Positions 11,404 to 25,040 of a stretch of DNA of 64,000 bases are shown here, piece by piece (position 1 is the stretch's first letter; every line of letters begins with the position of its first letter). Position numbers and translations under genes: made by a program. Below the pieces are notes generated by a model, which was given only the letters and a program-made list of their open reading frames with translations, did not search any database and was not told the origin of the DNA. Origin of the DNA: Moniliella sp. 'wahieum' (lineage: Eukaryota). The stretch is taken from NCBI GenBank assembly GCA_003971905.1, contig RSEE01000012.1, forward strand, positions 124,001-188,000, read 5' to 3'.

Positions 11404-14400
11404 ATGCTGCCGCTCGCGCTGGTCGTGCTCGGCGTCGGCTGCCTCGCCCTCGCCCGCCGCCGCTCCCGCCAGCCGCTCGCCCTCCCCACCCACGGCCATG
11501 CCCACGCCGAGCGCATGCACACTGGCACTGCCGACCAGCTGCTCGACGAACAGCATGCCGTCCTGGCCCAGGCGCAGGCGGCTGTCCGGCCCGTCCATCC
11601 CGCCCCCAGCCTCTACACGTGCGACGCCGCGCTGTCCCTGTCCATCGTCCTCGCCTCTGTCCTCGTCGCTGTCTTGCACCTTGTCTGCTCCTCCGCCCAG
11701 TCGCCCACCAGCGCGAACCATCTGGCCTGGGCCGTGGCCTGGGTCTCCGTTGCGCTCGTGCTGGGCACACGCCGTGTCAGCACAGATGCCAGCGACGCAT
11801 ATGCATCGCTCATCGTCTTTCCCTACCTCGCCGCATCGGCTACCACGCCTGGTGGGCCATCGACCATTCGGCCCCGGGTCTGAGCCGCCTGGAACAGAGC
11901 CAAGTGGCGACGGTCCTGTTTGTCGCTGCAGTGCTGCTCTGCAAGCCCGTCTTCCCCCCGCCCCTGCCGCAGCTTCGCCCGCTTCGCCCACGCCCACGCA
12001 CCCCCGGCACCTCAAACCGGCGCATCCTTCCTCAGCCGCTCCTTCTTCGCCTACGTCACGCCCGTGCTCTGGTCCTATCGCAACACGCACTTTGTCCAAG
12101 CTGCCGTGCCCGACCTGGACCAACTTGGACAGCAGCGCATCTGGTGGGCACATACCATGCCCAAGCCACCCAGGGCCGACTGTTGTGGCGCTTGCTCCGG
12201 CACAATGCCGGTCTGGTGTCCTGCCAGATGGTCCTGGCCATCCTCAGTGGATTAACGTCCATCGTACCTTCCTGGGCCTTGCAGCGTCTGCTTCGGTTTC
12301 TTACGCTTCGCTCGCAAGCACAGCATGACCCGGCTCTGCCTGTGCCCTTGTGGCAAGAGGGCTTGGTCTGGGCCGTGGGCATTGGCCTAGGCAGCTTGGC
12401 CTACTCGATTTTGTATGCCCAAGCCTTCTGGTTGGGCAGGGTGATCTGGGCCAACGTACGCGCACTCCTGACCGCCGAGATGATGGGCAAGGTTTTGCGT
12501 CGTTCCACTGTGGGTGCTGCTGTGCCCGCGCCCGTTCCCGGCAGAGAAGACGATCCAACGGCAACGGCATCGCCAACGCCAACGTCCGATGGACGCGTCA
12601 TGACCCTCTTTTCGGTCGATGTCACGCCCTTGGCAAAACAGTTGGGCGAGCTGTACGATACCTTTCCTCTGGGACCGGTGCAGGTCATTGGTTCCCTCTA
12701 CATGCTCGTCCGACTCGTTGGCGCGGCCGCGTTTGCCGGTATGGCAGTCGTACTTCTTCTCCTCCCGGTCCAAGCGTGGGTGGGCAAGATACTTATGCGG
12801 CTCGATAAGCAGATCCTTGAGTGGACCGATGAACGTCAGGATATCCAAGCTGAGCTCTTGCGCTCGGCCACCACGATCAAGTGTACGTCTGTCGTCTCTC
12901 TCCTTTTTCTTGGTCGCAACGCCTTTTTTGCCGGGACCGCACTTACTTGGTTTGACCAGTGTTTGCCTGGGAAGAGGTATTCAAGGTGCGCCCGGCCGGA
13001 TTCGGACCAAGGAGCTCGACGCTATCCGATCGGGGGGTGATGAACCTTTGCAGATGGTTACCTACATTGCCTCCCCATCTTTGCCATGTCGGTCATCGTT
13101 ACTCCATACCCTCCTACAACCGTCCCATGACGGCCGAAGGCCTTTCCCATGCTGGGTTAACATTTCGGTCCTGACTAGCGCCATGACCAGAGGCAGAAGA
13201 CATCCCTCGATCTCAGCTCCATCGTATCTCTCCGCGGATCGATCGTTCTTAAACGAGCCCGAGACGGACAAGTACCATCTTCTCCTCCCGGACGGAGACA
13301 TCAGCTTGGACCAAGCCTCGTTTACCCACTCACCCTCAAGTAGCCCAGGCCTCTTTCCAACTTGGTCCTCTCGACGCGCTTCCCTCCCGGCCAACTTTCC
13401 TTGGTATGCGGCCCAGTCGCAAGCGGCAAGAGCACGCTGCTCGAGTCGCTCTGGGCGAGACGAGGCAGCTGGGGGCTCGGTAATGCACCGCGATCGGGAG
13501 TGGCTTATGTCGCCCAGACGCCCTGGCTCCAGAGCACCACGGTCCAAGCTACATTGTATCGGGGCAGACGTGGGACGCTGCAACGACACGGCCGTGCTAC
13601 TGCGTGTTGTCTCCGGGGGACCTGGACCAGTTGGCCAAGGGAGACCAGAGCCCGTCGGGCCACGCGGGGTCACCCTCAGTGGTGGCCAACAAGTTCGCCT
13701 CGCCCTCGCGCGCGCACTGTACTCTTCAGCCTCGGTCTTACTCTTGGACGACGTGTTGTCCGCTTTGATAACCACACGGCCCACCACGTGTTCCACCATG
13801 CGCTCACGGGTCCCCTGGCCAAGTCACGCACCGTGGTCCTGGTCACGAATCATCTGTCTTTGGCCTTGCGCGCAGCGGCCTATGTCCTGGTCCTCAAGCA
13901 GGGGCAGGTGGTGGGACAGGGAACTCCACAGGCGTTGAAGCAGGACGGCGTCTTGGACCATGACCTGACCTCGTGGTTGGGACAGCAGGACCAAGAGGCC
14001 CACCCGACTCGACCAACGGGGCCCAAGACGAGCCAGAGCAAGCCAAGTTGGTGGATAGCAAGGAGGACACGCTCTCCCCCGCCCGGGGTATGGTCTCGTT
14101 ACGTGCGTACCAACTTTACTTTCTCAGCATGTCCCCCCACCGCCTTTTCCGCCTCTTGCTCTGGACGTCCGTGATCAGCCTTACATTTGCCGTACGCGGG
14201 ACCGAGGTCGCGGCCAATGCCTGGCTCAAAAAGTGGGCCGAGTCGTATGGCTACGAAACCGCTCCGGGTCCTTCCACGTCCAATGCGCCGACCTTGCCGC
14301 CGAAGACCTTGACGACAACAACGACGGGCGAGAAGGACGAGGGTCAGAAGACCATGTACTACCTCACGGTGTACCTTGTGTTTTCCGTACTGCGAATCGT

Positions 14401-16126
14401 GCTCGACGTCATCTCGCTCCGTGCAACGGTGCAGGCCGCCTTGAATGCTGCACGAGGCTTGTATGAGCGGGTACTGGATGGGGTCTTGGCTGCGCCACCG
14501 TCGTTTTTTGCTGCGACGCCCGTAGGGCGGATCATCAATGTGCTTTCGCATGATGTCGAAGTGGTCGACCGCCAACTAGGTAGCCGAATCGAGTTTACCC
14601 TCTTCTTCTCGCTCGAGGCACTGGCACCGATCCTGGTCATCCTGTACCAACTCCCTCGCTTTGCATTCATCCTCGTTCCTCCTTCTTGCTTACTCTGTCC
14701 TGGTCCGGCTTTACCTGCACGTCTTTCGCGATCTCCGCCGACTCGAGGTCGCCGTCCGCTCGCCCTCTACACGACCCTGTCCGATGTGCTCGCCGGCCTG
14801 CTCCCCATTCGCGCCGCCGGCCAAACGGGCTGGTGGTACGGCAAAACATTGGGTACAATTGATCGCGGGACTCGTTTGATGCTTTCAGTGGATGGTCAAT
14901 GGCTGGCTCCAAGTCTCCCTCTCGCTCTTGGCTTCCCTCCTGCTCGGTCTGCTCGGTACCACCTTTGTCCTCGTGCCGAGCTTTGATGCGGCCCTGGCTG
15001 GGTTCCTAATGAGCTTGACCGTCACCCTGGCCAGCTCGCTCAGGGCGTGCATCCGAATCGGCACAGGGCTGGACGTCTGTATGACCTCGGTCGAACGTAT
15101 GGACGAGCTAATTCGTCTCCCGCCCGAACCGTACGACGGCAACGGCGCCCCACCTCCGGCCCACTGGCCCTCGTCCCAAGGCGGCTTGACAGTGCACGAT
15201 CTCACCATTCGGTACACTCCCACGGACCCACCTGCTCTCCAGGACATCTCCCTCACCTTCCCCGCACGCAGCAAGATCGCGCTCTGTGGTCCCTCGGGAT
15301 CAGGCAAGTCCACCCTCGCCCTCGCGCTGCTGCGCTCCGTCCCGCCCGAACACGGGTCGATCGTTCTGGATGGAATTGACATCTCTCACGTCCCGCTCAA
15401 GACGCTGCGTCAGCGCATCGCATATGTCCCCCAGCGTCCTGAGTTCAAGGGTACCGTTCGTTCCGCCCTCGACCCGCTCGATCAGTACGAGGATAAGGTC
15501 CTCTGGAACGCTTTGGTCCGCTGCGGCCTGGCTGGGGAGGAGGGTGACGCCGTGCGCGAGGTGGGTGAGGTGGGCGAGGTGGGTGAGGCAGGTGAGGGTG
15601 GTGAGGGTGGTGAAGTGCGCGCGCGACCCATTCGCTCACTCGATACGCCACTCGCATCACAAGGTACCAACTTATCCTATGGCCAACGGCACTTGCTCAC
15701 CTAGCGCGTGGCATGCTCAAGCTGACGCAGGCGCGGTGGCTGTTACTGGACGAGCCTACGGCCGCGCTGGACCCAACGACTGACGCGGCGGTGCAGGCGT
15801 GGCTCGATGATGTGGCAACCCAAACGGATGTCACGGTCGTGGCTATTGCTCATCGGCTCCATACGATTATTCGATGGGACCTCTGTGTTGTCCTGGAAAA
15901 AGGTAAGGTCGTCGAGGTGGGTGAACCGTATGCTTTGCTCCGGAAGCAGGGCGCGTTTTACCGCCTCGCACGCAAGAGCGGCGATTACGATGCTCTCCTG
16001 GCCCAGGCTAAGGCCGCACACGATGCGCGCCACCTCACCGGCGCAAACAACAACAGTATCCAACCTATCCAATGTGTTCAACCTATCCCACCCGCGCCAC
16101 CTGCAGATACACCTGAACAAAACTAA
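11404..16126 (+). CDS. ABCC/MRP-type ABC transporter (Ybt1/Ycf1-like architecture TMD-NBD-TMD-NBD)
   Basis: NBD1: GPVASGKS, VAYVAQTPWL, LSGGQQVRLALARA, LLLDD. TMD2: FFAATPVGRIIN. NBD2: GPSGSGKS, LSYGQR, LLLDEPTAALD, IAHRL. Removing intron 12883-12959 restores IKLFAWE. Confidence 0.93.
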
Positions 16127-16799
16127 AGTAAGTATCCTTTGCACACCAAGTAAGATTCACATCCAACCCCCCCCTTCTCTTGTGAGATCCTAAGAGTCGT
16201 TTCGACGCTTTCCTTTCCCTTTTTCTTTTCATTCTTCTTCTGTTCCCCCTCCACTTTGCCTTTGCCTTTGGTTGGCGTTGGCAAGTGTGCTGTACCTTTC
16301 TTCTTTCTTCCTTGCTAGGTGCCAAGCGCGGTAATTCATACACCTTTTCCCCTTTTCCTTCCGTGTTGATGTACAATGCACTGCCATAGTCGGGGAGATC
16401 AGGGAGATCGGGCGTGGCGGTTCATTGTTGAGCGTACGTTGAGCGGTCACGGCCGGTCAACGTTCAACGTTTAACCAACGCTCAACGTCCCGCGTGCTAC
16501 GTGAGTCCACCTCGTCATAAACCGATCAGCAAACTCACCTCCAACTCCAACTCCAACTTCACTCCTACTTACATCGTCTCCACCGTCCTATCTCACCGCC
16601 CGCCGCCGCCATCCTGCACTACTCCGTGATGCCCCCTGGAGCAGGACAGCCACCGAGACGGGGGGTTTCGCACAACGCACAACCATTGAACGTGAATTAT
16701 TACTAAGTACCAAGGACACCGCATCCGGCCACCTGATTGAAGTTGAGCCTGAACCGTACGATCCATCCTCCATCCGTCGACCCGAACCGAACCTGCTAC

Positions 16800-19700
16800 C
16801 GGGTGATTATGATTAACATGACGCTGCGGGGGGGACCTTGGCCGCTCGTCGTGCCTCGCGCATCGCCTCGCGCACCTGGCTCGTCCTCGCCCACCGCGTC
16901 TGCATCAACTTCATCCGACACACCGCACGCACCGCCAACGCAGCGTGGCGGAAGCGAGCGGCGATACCCGTGCGCGGCGGGTGAAGCGCCTGTGGCGTCC
17001 GACGCGAACGTACCAAGTCGGCCAAGAACCGCGTGGTGTAGGCCTCGGTCGCGCCCAAGCCAGCGACGAGACGCGCCAAATACGTTTTCTGGTGCGCCAA
17101 GTCGGCCCGCAATCGCTTTCGCGCACAAACGTCGCTTTCAGGAACCGGATCTGGACCAGCAACGTCTCAATGTGCCGACGATGCGTTGTGCGCTGCTCCA
17201 ACTGGGCCGCGTGCGTCGCCACTTGCGTCTCGGCCGAAGCGAGCGCACGGCGCAGCCGATCTTTCCTCCTCCTGCGCCTGTGCTTGTGCCTGCTCTGGCG
17301 GCGACACGACGCGGCGCAGCTGCGCCTGTTGGGCAGCCACCATCTCGGCTCGGCACCGTTCCGCTTGCTCTTGCGCCAAACGTACGTCCCCACGTAACTT
17401 TTCGAGGTTGCGCTGCAACGCTGCGCGGTCGGACGTGGCACGCTCCAATTCGCCCCCTTGAGTTTCCAACGACGCGGTCAGCGCGCCAATCTTGTCCTGT
17501 GCCGTGGCCAACACGCGGCGGTAGTCCACCACCTCGGCTTCGGCCGCGTGCAACTGGCCTGTAACTTGGCGGAGATTCTGCAAGGGGGGCAAGGGAGGGA
17601 GAAGAGGAAGTCAGGACCTAGTTGGCCGGCTGGCACCGAACCAAGCAAGCAAGCAAGTTAGCTAACGGGGAACCAAGACGTACCTGGGCCGCCTCCTCTT
17701 GTTGACGGAAGAGAACTTCGCGTTCCTGCAAGATAGCGCGTTTTTCTTGGGCCAAGCTTTCGGCTCGCTGTGTGGCCTGCAGCGCCTCGCGCTCGTGCTG
17801 GGATCCCTGCTGGGCCTCGTGCTGCGCCTCGCGCTGCGCCTGCCCACCGAGCCTGCACCGCAGCCAACTCGCCGCACTGTCGGCCAACGCGTGGCGCGTT
17901 TCCGCTTCGGCCGCCTGGGACGCACGGTGGGCTTGGCCCAGCTCGGCCAACTCGTGTCGCTTGCTCCAGCGAAGTGGACAGCGCTTGCACCTGCGCTCGG
18001 GCCGAGCAATGTCCTCCTGCACAGACGGACGGCACGACGTTAGGATCGGGATGATGCTGGTGGCAAGCGTGGCCAAGGGGAGGAGAGAGGAAGAGGAAAG
18101 GGGAGGGGACGTACGTTGGTCGCATGCTCTTGCCGACCGAAGCAAGCGAGATGGACAAGTCGTTCCATCCGTGGTTGGAGTCGGACCATTCGGGTCCAGC
18201 ACGTACTTCCTCTGGTAGGGTCCGCACCAACGCCTCCCACGTCTCGGGCTTGGCGAGCGGGTGCGAGCCACAGCGACACTGCACGTCGCGCAACTGGGCC
18301 GGCAGGCATCGGTGCGCATCGAGCGCTTGGCTCAGCTGGGCAAGCTGCCGTTGCAATTCGGCACACTTGGCTTGCCACCAATCCAACTTGTCCATCTTCT
18401 TGTCCAACTCGGCTGTGAGGAAGTCGGCTTCGGCTGGATCGTGTGCAAGTGGGTGATCAAGTCCATCGTTGTCGTCTCGTCCATCACCATCGACCGGCCC
18501 ATCACCTCTTCCAACACGGCACTGCTCCGCCAGCGCTTGTCGTCGCCCACGCTCGCGTTCTGACAAGGTTTGTTGCAATTCGGCCACCAAGCGCTCGGCT
18601 TGGGCTTGGTCCTGCTCCGCCTGCTGCAAACGACAAGCAAGTTGTTCCTTGTTCGTTTCCGCCCGCTCCGCACGAGCATGCGCCACTTGCGTTTCCCCTG
18701 TGCATCTGACACGGCGCGCTCCAATACGCCGACGCGCACCTGCGCCTCGGTCAGCTGATCTTGAACCGACCGATGATCGGCTTCAGCTTGCTCTGCTCGC
18801 GCCTCGGCTTGGGCCAAGTCGAGCCGGATACGCTGGATGGTAGCTAAGCCTTGCTCCACTTCCCCATGCGCTCGTCTCACCTCTTCTTCCAAGTACTTGG
18901 CATGTGCCGTGATGGCTCCCTTGGAACAGGAACTGTCCCCGGACCGATCGGTGGGACCGTCGCCTGCGGCAGAGGCCGTTGGTGCTGGCACTGGTGCTGT
19001 TGCTGCAGCGGCGGCCGCGGCAGCCTTAGCTGCCGCCAACGAGTCTTCCAACTCGGCCTTTTCACGCCGCAAACACCAACGCTTCCTCCACCACCGTTTG
19101 CCTCGCCTTGTCCCCGGCCTCCTTCTCGCTCGCCAACTTATCCAACGATCGCACCAATGCTGCTTTTCTCCGCTCGGATCGCCGTCACTTGGGCCAACAA
19201 CGCCGTCGTTCGTCATCCAAGGTGACCAGCTCGGCTTGTTGGTCGGCTACCAGCGCCTGCAACGTCTTCACCTCCCTCGCCTCGGTGGCGTCCGTTGCGT
19301 GGCTTGCGGCCGTCGCATCCGCCCCCTCCGTCCGTTTCGTTCCAGACGGCTTCAGCGCATCCGATCCCTCCGATGCACGCGGGCCGACGGAGTAGGGCCC
19401 CGCACGTAGCGTCGACCGTGAGCCGGAGTCATCGGCGTGCGAGGGGGTGGGGGTGAGCTGGAGAACGCAAGATGGATGCGGCTGCGGCCGGATCCGTAGC
19501 CGTAGCCGGCCGCAGCCGTTGCAGTACCACCCGTCGTGGTAGTGGCCGTACGCGTCACGTCGAGTCGCCGTAGCAGACCGAGTGGAAGGGCATAGGAACG
19601 ACGGTCGTCCGTGCCCGGTCGGGCAGAAAGGGCAGTACGAGAGGAGGAAAAGTGGGAATGGCTACGGTGGGAAGAGGAGTGAGAAGCGGAAGCGCTAGCA

Positions 19701-20082
19701 CTGGAAGTGGGGCGCGACCTCGCGTGAGGAGTGGGGTCGAGCGCGGGGAAGAGGAACGAGTAGGCTGGGTTTGATTCTTCCTCCACGGGTGACGGGCCAC
19801 GATGGAACGAGGCTTGAGGTTGGTGGAACGGATGCTGTTGCTGTTGTTGTTGTTGCCATCGGCTGTAGGTGACGTCGGTCTCGGCAGAGAGGGGATGGAC
19901 GACTGGTCCCCAAGGCCCGACAGGGTAGCCGTTTGCGGGCGCAGCGGGGCCAGTGGCGAGCGCGGAAAGAGCGGTCGAAGGGGAGAGGAACGAGAGCGAG
20001 AGCGAGAAAAGGAGGGCGGCAGAGGTAGGGTGGACATTGGTACTATTGACATTGACGTTGGGATTGGCGTTGACATTGGCAT
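16800..20082 (-). CDS. Long coiled-coil spindle-pole-body protein with C-terminal PACT domain (Pcp1/pericentrin-like)
   Basis: Extended E/Q/A/R coiled-coil segments; C-terminal LKATFVRES.LRADLAHQKTYL and FRHAALAVRAVCRMK match the PACT and calmodulin-binding motifs; GTACGT donors near 18112 and 17682. Start and stop approximate. Confidence 0.75.
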
Positions 20083-21012
20083 GGGTCAGGGTCAGGTCTT
20101 GCCATCGGTCAAGGTACTCTCCGTCCCAGCGTTCTCATCTTGCTCGGCCAACGCAGGCGGCGGTGAACGGGGCGATTGGGCCGGGTGCGAATGCCAAACG
20201 GCGTCGAGGCCACCGGGTCCAGCGCGCGCGAGAGGGACAGGGAGGCAGGTTGGGACACATGACTTGCGTCCTGCAGCGCCCACACCGATTGCACCCGTGC
20301 GCCACCGGCGCCTCTTGCTCTGGCCGAGCGAAGAGCGCGAGACATCGGTACTGGTGGGGACGGGGCAGGGCGGGTTGCTGTGCTCGTGGCGCTGGCAAAG
20401 CTCGTGCTACTCGCATCGGCAGGCGCCAAGGCCGGCAGGTGGAGGCTGGAGGAAGACGTTGCGTGCGAGCGCCCCGCGACTCGCCTCTCGGGGGGGGCGG
20501 TGGTGGTAGCAGTTGCGCCTGCAAGCAAAGGCGAGGGCGGCGTGAGCGACGGCAGGCGCGGGGCCGGAGGAGGGTGCTGTCGGTGGCACCCGACACAAAC
20601 GACACACGCCCGCGGCGCCGCCCGCGGGAACGCAGGCAGGCCCAGGTCGGATTCGCTCATGTCCATCGTGGCGGCGGAGGTTGGTGGTGGTTGGTGATGG
20701 TGGTGGTGGTGGGGTGGCAGGGAGCGTCGGCAAGCAAGCTGCTCTGCTCTGCTCATCGGCACGCGTCTCTCAGACGTCCGACAGTACCTAACACGCAGTT
20801 GAGTTGCCGGTACTCCACCACCCCCCGCCGTGTTGACGCGCCGCCTGCCACGCCGCCTCGCCCCACACGCGCCCCGCACGTGACCCGTGACTAGCGCGCG
20901 GAACGACCCCCATTCCGCCCCCGTCACTTGTCACGCGTCACTGAAGCTTCAGCTGGATTTCCAGGCACGCCGCCCCCATCGCAGCCCACCACCACCCCCA
21001 TCCTCACTGCCC

Positions 21013-21987
21013 ATGAAGCTGACCGCCGAGGTGATTGCGCAGGCACCTGCTGGCCCCGATGCACTGCGCGAAGCCAGCTGGACCTGCGTGGGCTCAAGGC
21101 TCCCGCCATCGAGAACTTGGGCGCGGCGCCCGACGTGTACGACACGCTCAACTTGACCGACAACGACTTGCGTGCCTTGACCATTTCCATTTCCCCCGGC
21201 GCCAACGTGCGTACACTCTACGTGCCAACAACCAGATCGCCCGTCTGGATCCACCTTGGCCCTCAACTGCCCTACCTCACCACCCTCGTTCTTACCAACA
21301 ACAACCTCACCCAGTTGGCTGCCACTACCCATGCCCTGGCCAGTTTCCCTACTTGGAGTACCTCTCCCTCTCAACAACCCCCTCGCCGCCCCCGCAGTAC
21401 CGCGCATATCTCATCTGGCGTTGTCCCAAAGTGCGCGTCTTGGATTTCCAACGGGTTACAGACAAGGTACGTTGGTCAGCTAGTCTGCTTTCTTTTGTTT
21501 CTTGTTTTTTTTTTTTTTCTGGCGGTCCGAGCTGACATGTGAGTATGGTTGGTTATGGGGGGTGACTAGGAACGCGCTTTGGCCACCACATTGTTCGAGA
21601 CGTCCGACGGTCGTCCTTCGACGTTGGCCGTGCAGATTGCTGCAGCGCCGGGGCCTGGGGACGAGGGCGGCCAGGCAGCGAATGGACCATGCAGCCGGCG
21701 GCGTTCCTGCCGCCGCGCCTCCCCACCGCATCCTGACCGCGGCAGAAAACAGGCTTTGGCACGCGCGATCGAACAGGCTTCCTCGGTAGAAGAAATCCGC
21801 GCTTTGGAACAACAGGTTCGGTTGGGTCAACCGCTCGCAGTCGACGACGCCAAGCACCCGGAAGCACCGCCGCCAGCCGAGGCACGACAACAAGACCCAG
21901 AACAGCCCGTGGCCAAGCGCGCTCGAACCAAGGCGCAAGCTCCGCCAACTGGACGAACGACGCGGGGCGCGTGCCGCCAAAAAGTAA
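21013..21987 (+). CDS. LEA1: U2 snRNP protein A' (leucine-rich repeat)
   Basis: MKLTAEVIAQAP...LDLRGLKAPAIENLG...DTLNLTDNDLR; LRRcap YRAYLIWRCPKVRVLDFQRVTDK|ERALA, with intron 21467-21569. Confidence 0.92.
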
Positions 21988-22475
21988 CAGTACCTGTTGG
22001 TCCGACCGCCGCACGGACGGAGGGACTGGCCGAGTGCGGTGCCAATCGATGTGGGGTGGGGGTGGGCACGAGACTGGGGTTGGGGTTAGGCGGGACTATG
22101 TCGATAGAACAGGGGAGAATGTTAATGAGCGAACGGCAGGCCTAGCCAGGAAGGAGAACGGCGGTAGATGGAACGGACGCGTTTTGGGGGAGGACAGAGA
22201 GTAGGGGGGTGCTGCTGTTGGCTGCTTCGGCGGTTTGGCCGGGGTGAGAGCTGCGACAGGTGGGGTGGCAAGTGCTGTTTTGCTGGTGTGGTGCTGGGGG
22301 CGCGTGAAGATGGTGAGGACTGAGGACTGGGTGGGGTTAAGCGGTTAGAGGATAGATGGAGAAGTGATGTGTGTGTGATAGTAGATGGGTAGAAACCGGT
22401 GGCCCCAGCGGACGCGCCCTGGGGGAAGGACGGGGGGATGCAGGAGGATCCCAAGACACGATGGGGGGGGGGGAC

Positions 22476-22529
22476 AGATAGGGCAAGACAGGGCAAGATA
22501 GGGCAAGATAGGGCACGATAGGCCAAGAT
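22476..22529. repeat. 10-bp tandem repeat (AGATAGGGCA) x~5, imperfect
   Basis: Visible in the intergenic region upstream of the MFS gene. Confidence 0.9.
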
Positions 22530-23293
22530 GCAAGAGGGGCGCCGTGGGGAAGCGACAGCGGCGCAGACGGCGGCCAGGGCAGCGCAGTGCCGTCTCCTCC
22601 GGTTTCATCCAGTCTCATCTCGATCTCATCCCATCGACTGGAAACGGCGTTTTCTGCGTGCTTGCCCCGACGCCGGTGCAGGGGGGCGATCGCCCGCACG
22701 CGCCTGTGTCCCAACACGTGACCTGCCGCCCCAGCGCCAGGGCCCATGCGCTTGACGTGTGTGCGCTGCCGCGTGGCGCAGGCAGCAGCCACGGCGCCAG
22801 TGTCCCAGCACACCGCATGCTGCCCCGGGCCCTTCTCCCTCCCCCGCGCAGAGAAGGGGGGCGCGGGGGCAGTGTGGGCCCCGGAGCCCCGCCTGGCGCG
22901 GCAGTGCGCTGTGCTGGGGTGCGGCAGGTGTACTGCAGGTGCTGCAGGTGTGCTGCAGGTACATGGTACAGCGCACTGCGTCAGGTGCATCGGCTGGGCT
23001 ACGTGCCTGCAGGGCGGCAGGAGGCGAGTGTGGTGTCGTGTGCCGTGCCGTGCGGCTGCTGTGGCGCCGGAGTCCAGAGGGCTGCTCACGGCGCTCACGC
23101 GCAAGGATGCCGGCCGCCGCTACGAAGATGTGCCTGGCGCCTGGGCTCCCCAGCCCCGGCGCCCGAGCAGCCTCGTTGGATCCAACCCTCCCCTTCGGTC
23201 ATCCTTCCCACTCGCCCCATCCCACCCCGCGTCTATTTAACCCCCGGCGCCCCCCCGCCCCAACTCCGCCACCCACCCCCACCCGCGCCCGCC

Positions 23294-25040
23294 ATGTCCA
23301 CCCCCGGCTCGCTCACCGAGAAGAAGCCCCGCTCCCCACCACCACCGACGTCGAGCTCCCCGCCCCCCGCCGGTGCCGATGTGGAGATTGTGCACATCGA
23401 GCGCCGCTCCGGCCTGCTCGGCCTGTACGACATGGGCATGTTCCAAGTGTGTCTCTTGGCTTTGTCTGCTTCCTCGGCCCGGGCATGTTCAATGCCCTCG
23501 GCGGCATGGGTGGCGGTGGTCTGTCCGAGGCCAGTGCCGCCGCCAAGGCCAACATTGCCCTCTACTCGGTCTTTGCCGGCGTCTCCTTCTTCTCGGGTAG
23601 CATCCACAACTGGATTGGCTCCAAGGCCATCATCTGCATTGGTACGTCCCTAATATTCGCTGCATTTGCTCTTGCTCCTTTGTTTGCACCTCGTCCATTG
23701 CTGCAGCGCTGACTGTCGAGCGCCTTGCTGCACAGGCTCGCTGGGATACTGCCTCTACACGGGCTCCTTCCTCAGCTACAACATCAACAGCAACACCAAC
23801 TTTGTCATTGCCGCCGGCGCCATCTTGGTTTGTGTGCGTCGTTCTTGTGGACCGGTCAGGGCGCGCTTATGCTCTCCTCCCACCGAAGAAAACAAGAAAA
23901 CAAGGGAAAAGGTTGGTACCCCTCCACCCCCCTCCTCCTTTTGCTGTGCAACACACATTCCTGGCTCTAACGCAATGACTTTGCTTTTCTTCGCTGCTCT
24001 CTCTAGCCATTGCCATTTTCTGGGTCATCTTCAACTGGGCGGCGTGATTGGCTCGGCGATCGAGATGGGCTTGGGCTGGAACACGTCGAGCAACCACGTG
24101 AGCAACAACACCTACATTGCCTTTACCGTCCTGACCTTTGGTCGTGCGCGACGATGTTTTTGCGCAACCCGCGCAAGACGGTGCGCTCGGATGGCACTCT
24201 GGTCCGCCCTCCCAAGAACTTGCCCTGGCAAGAAGAGGTGACGGGCATGGTGCGCGTCCTGTACAAGGACCCGTGGGTGTTGCTCTCGGTGCCCTTGGCG
24301 CTCAGCTCCAACTATTGCTACGCATGGCAGCAAACCGTGTTTAACGGGTACTTTTTCTCCCTCCGCACGCGCGGACTTAACTCGTTGCTCTACTGGTTGG
24401 CCCAGATGGTGGGCGCGATGGTCATGGGCGTGGTGCTGGACAGCCGCGCTTGACGCGTCGCCCGTGCCTGGGCCGGGTGGGCACTGACCACCCTGTCTGC
24501 TGGACCGTCTGGGCGGATCGTACAAGGTACTGATGGAATTCAAAGATCACTATGCGCCCAGGGACTGAGCTTGCGCGAGTACGCCAGCGATTACCAACCG
24601 CATCGGATTGGACATTCACTGTGGCTACACCAAGTGCCGTGCCACGACAATCCTTGGACCGAATCCAACCGTACGGCGGCCGCGCGTGCTCTACTCTGCA
24701 TGGGCCTCATCGACGCGTGCACCCAATGCTTTTGCTACTCGCTCTTTGGTATGATGAGCAACGACATTGCCAAGCTCGCCTACCTCACGGTCTCTACAAG
24801 GCCGTCCAGAGCGCCGGCAATGTCGCTGGCTGGGCCATGGAAAATAACAAGAAATCCTTCGAGGAGCAATTGGGCGTCGCGTGGGGCCTCAACGTCGGCG
24901 CATTGCTCTTTGTCGTTCCCCTCTTAATCTGGCGCGTGACCAACCATACCACCCTCGAACGCGAACTCAACACTGAGATTGCCGCTGTCGACGAGGCGGC
25001 CGCAGCACGCGCTTTGCACCGCGAAGCGAAGCGAAGCTGA
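23294..25040 (+). CDS. UNC-93-like (DUF895) MFS membrane transporter
   Basis: QVCLLGFVCFLGPGMFNALGGMGGGG, GSLGYCLYTGSFL, ASFLWTGQGALML, FNGYFFSLRTRGLNSLLYWLAQM, YKAVQSAG; introns start near 23642 and ~23912. Confidence 0.88.

Noticed and set aside
9811..11883. 690-aa + strand ORF antisense to POP
   Set aside because: Shadow ORF caused by high GC3 codon bias; only its 3' end is the real ABC transporter start.
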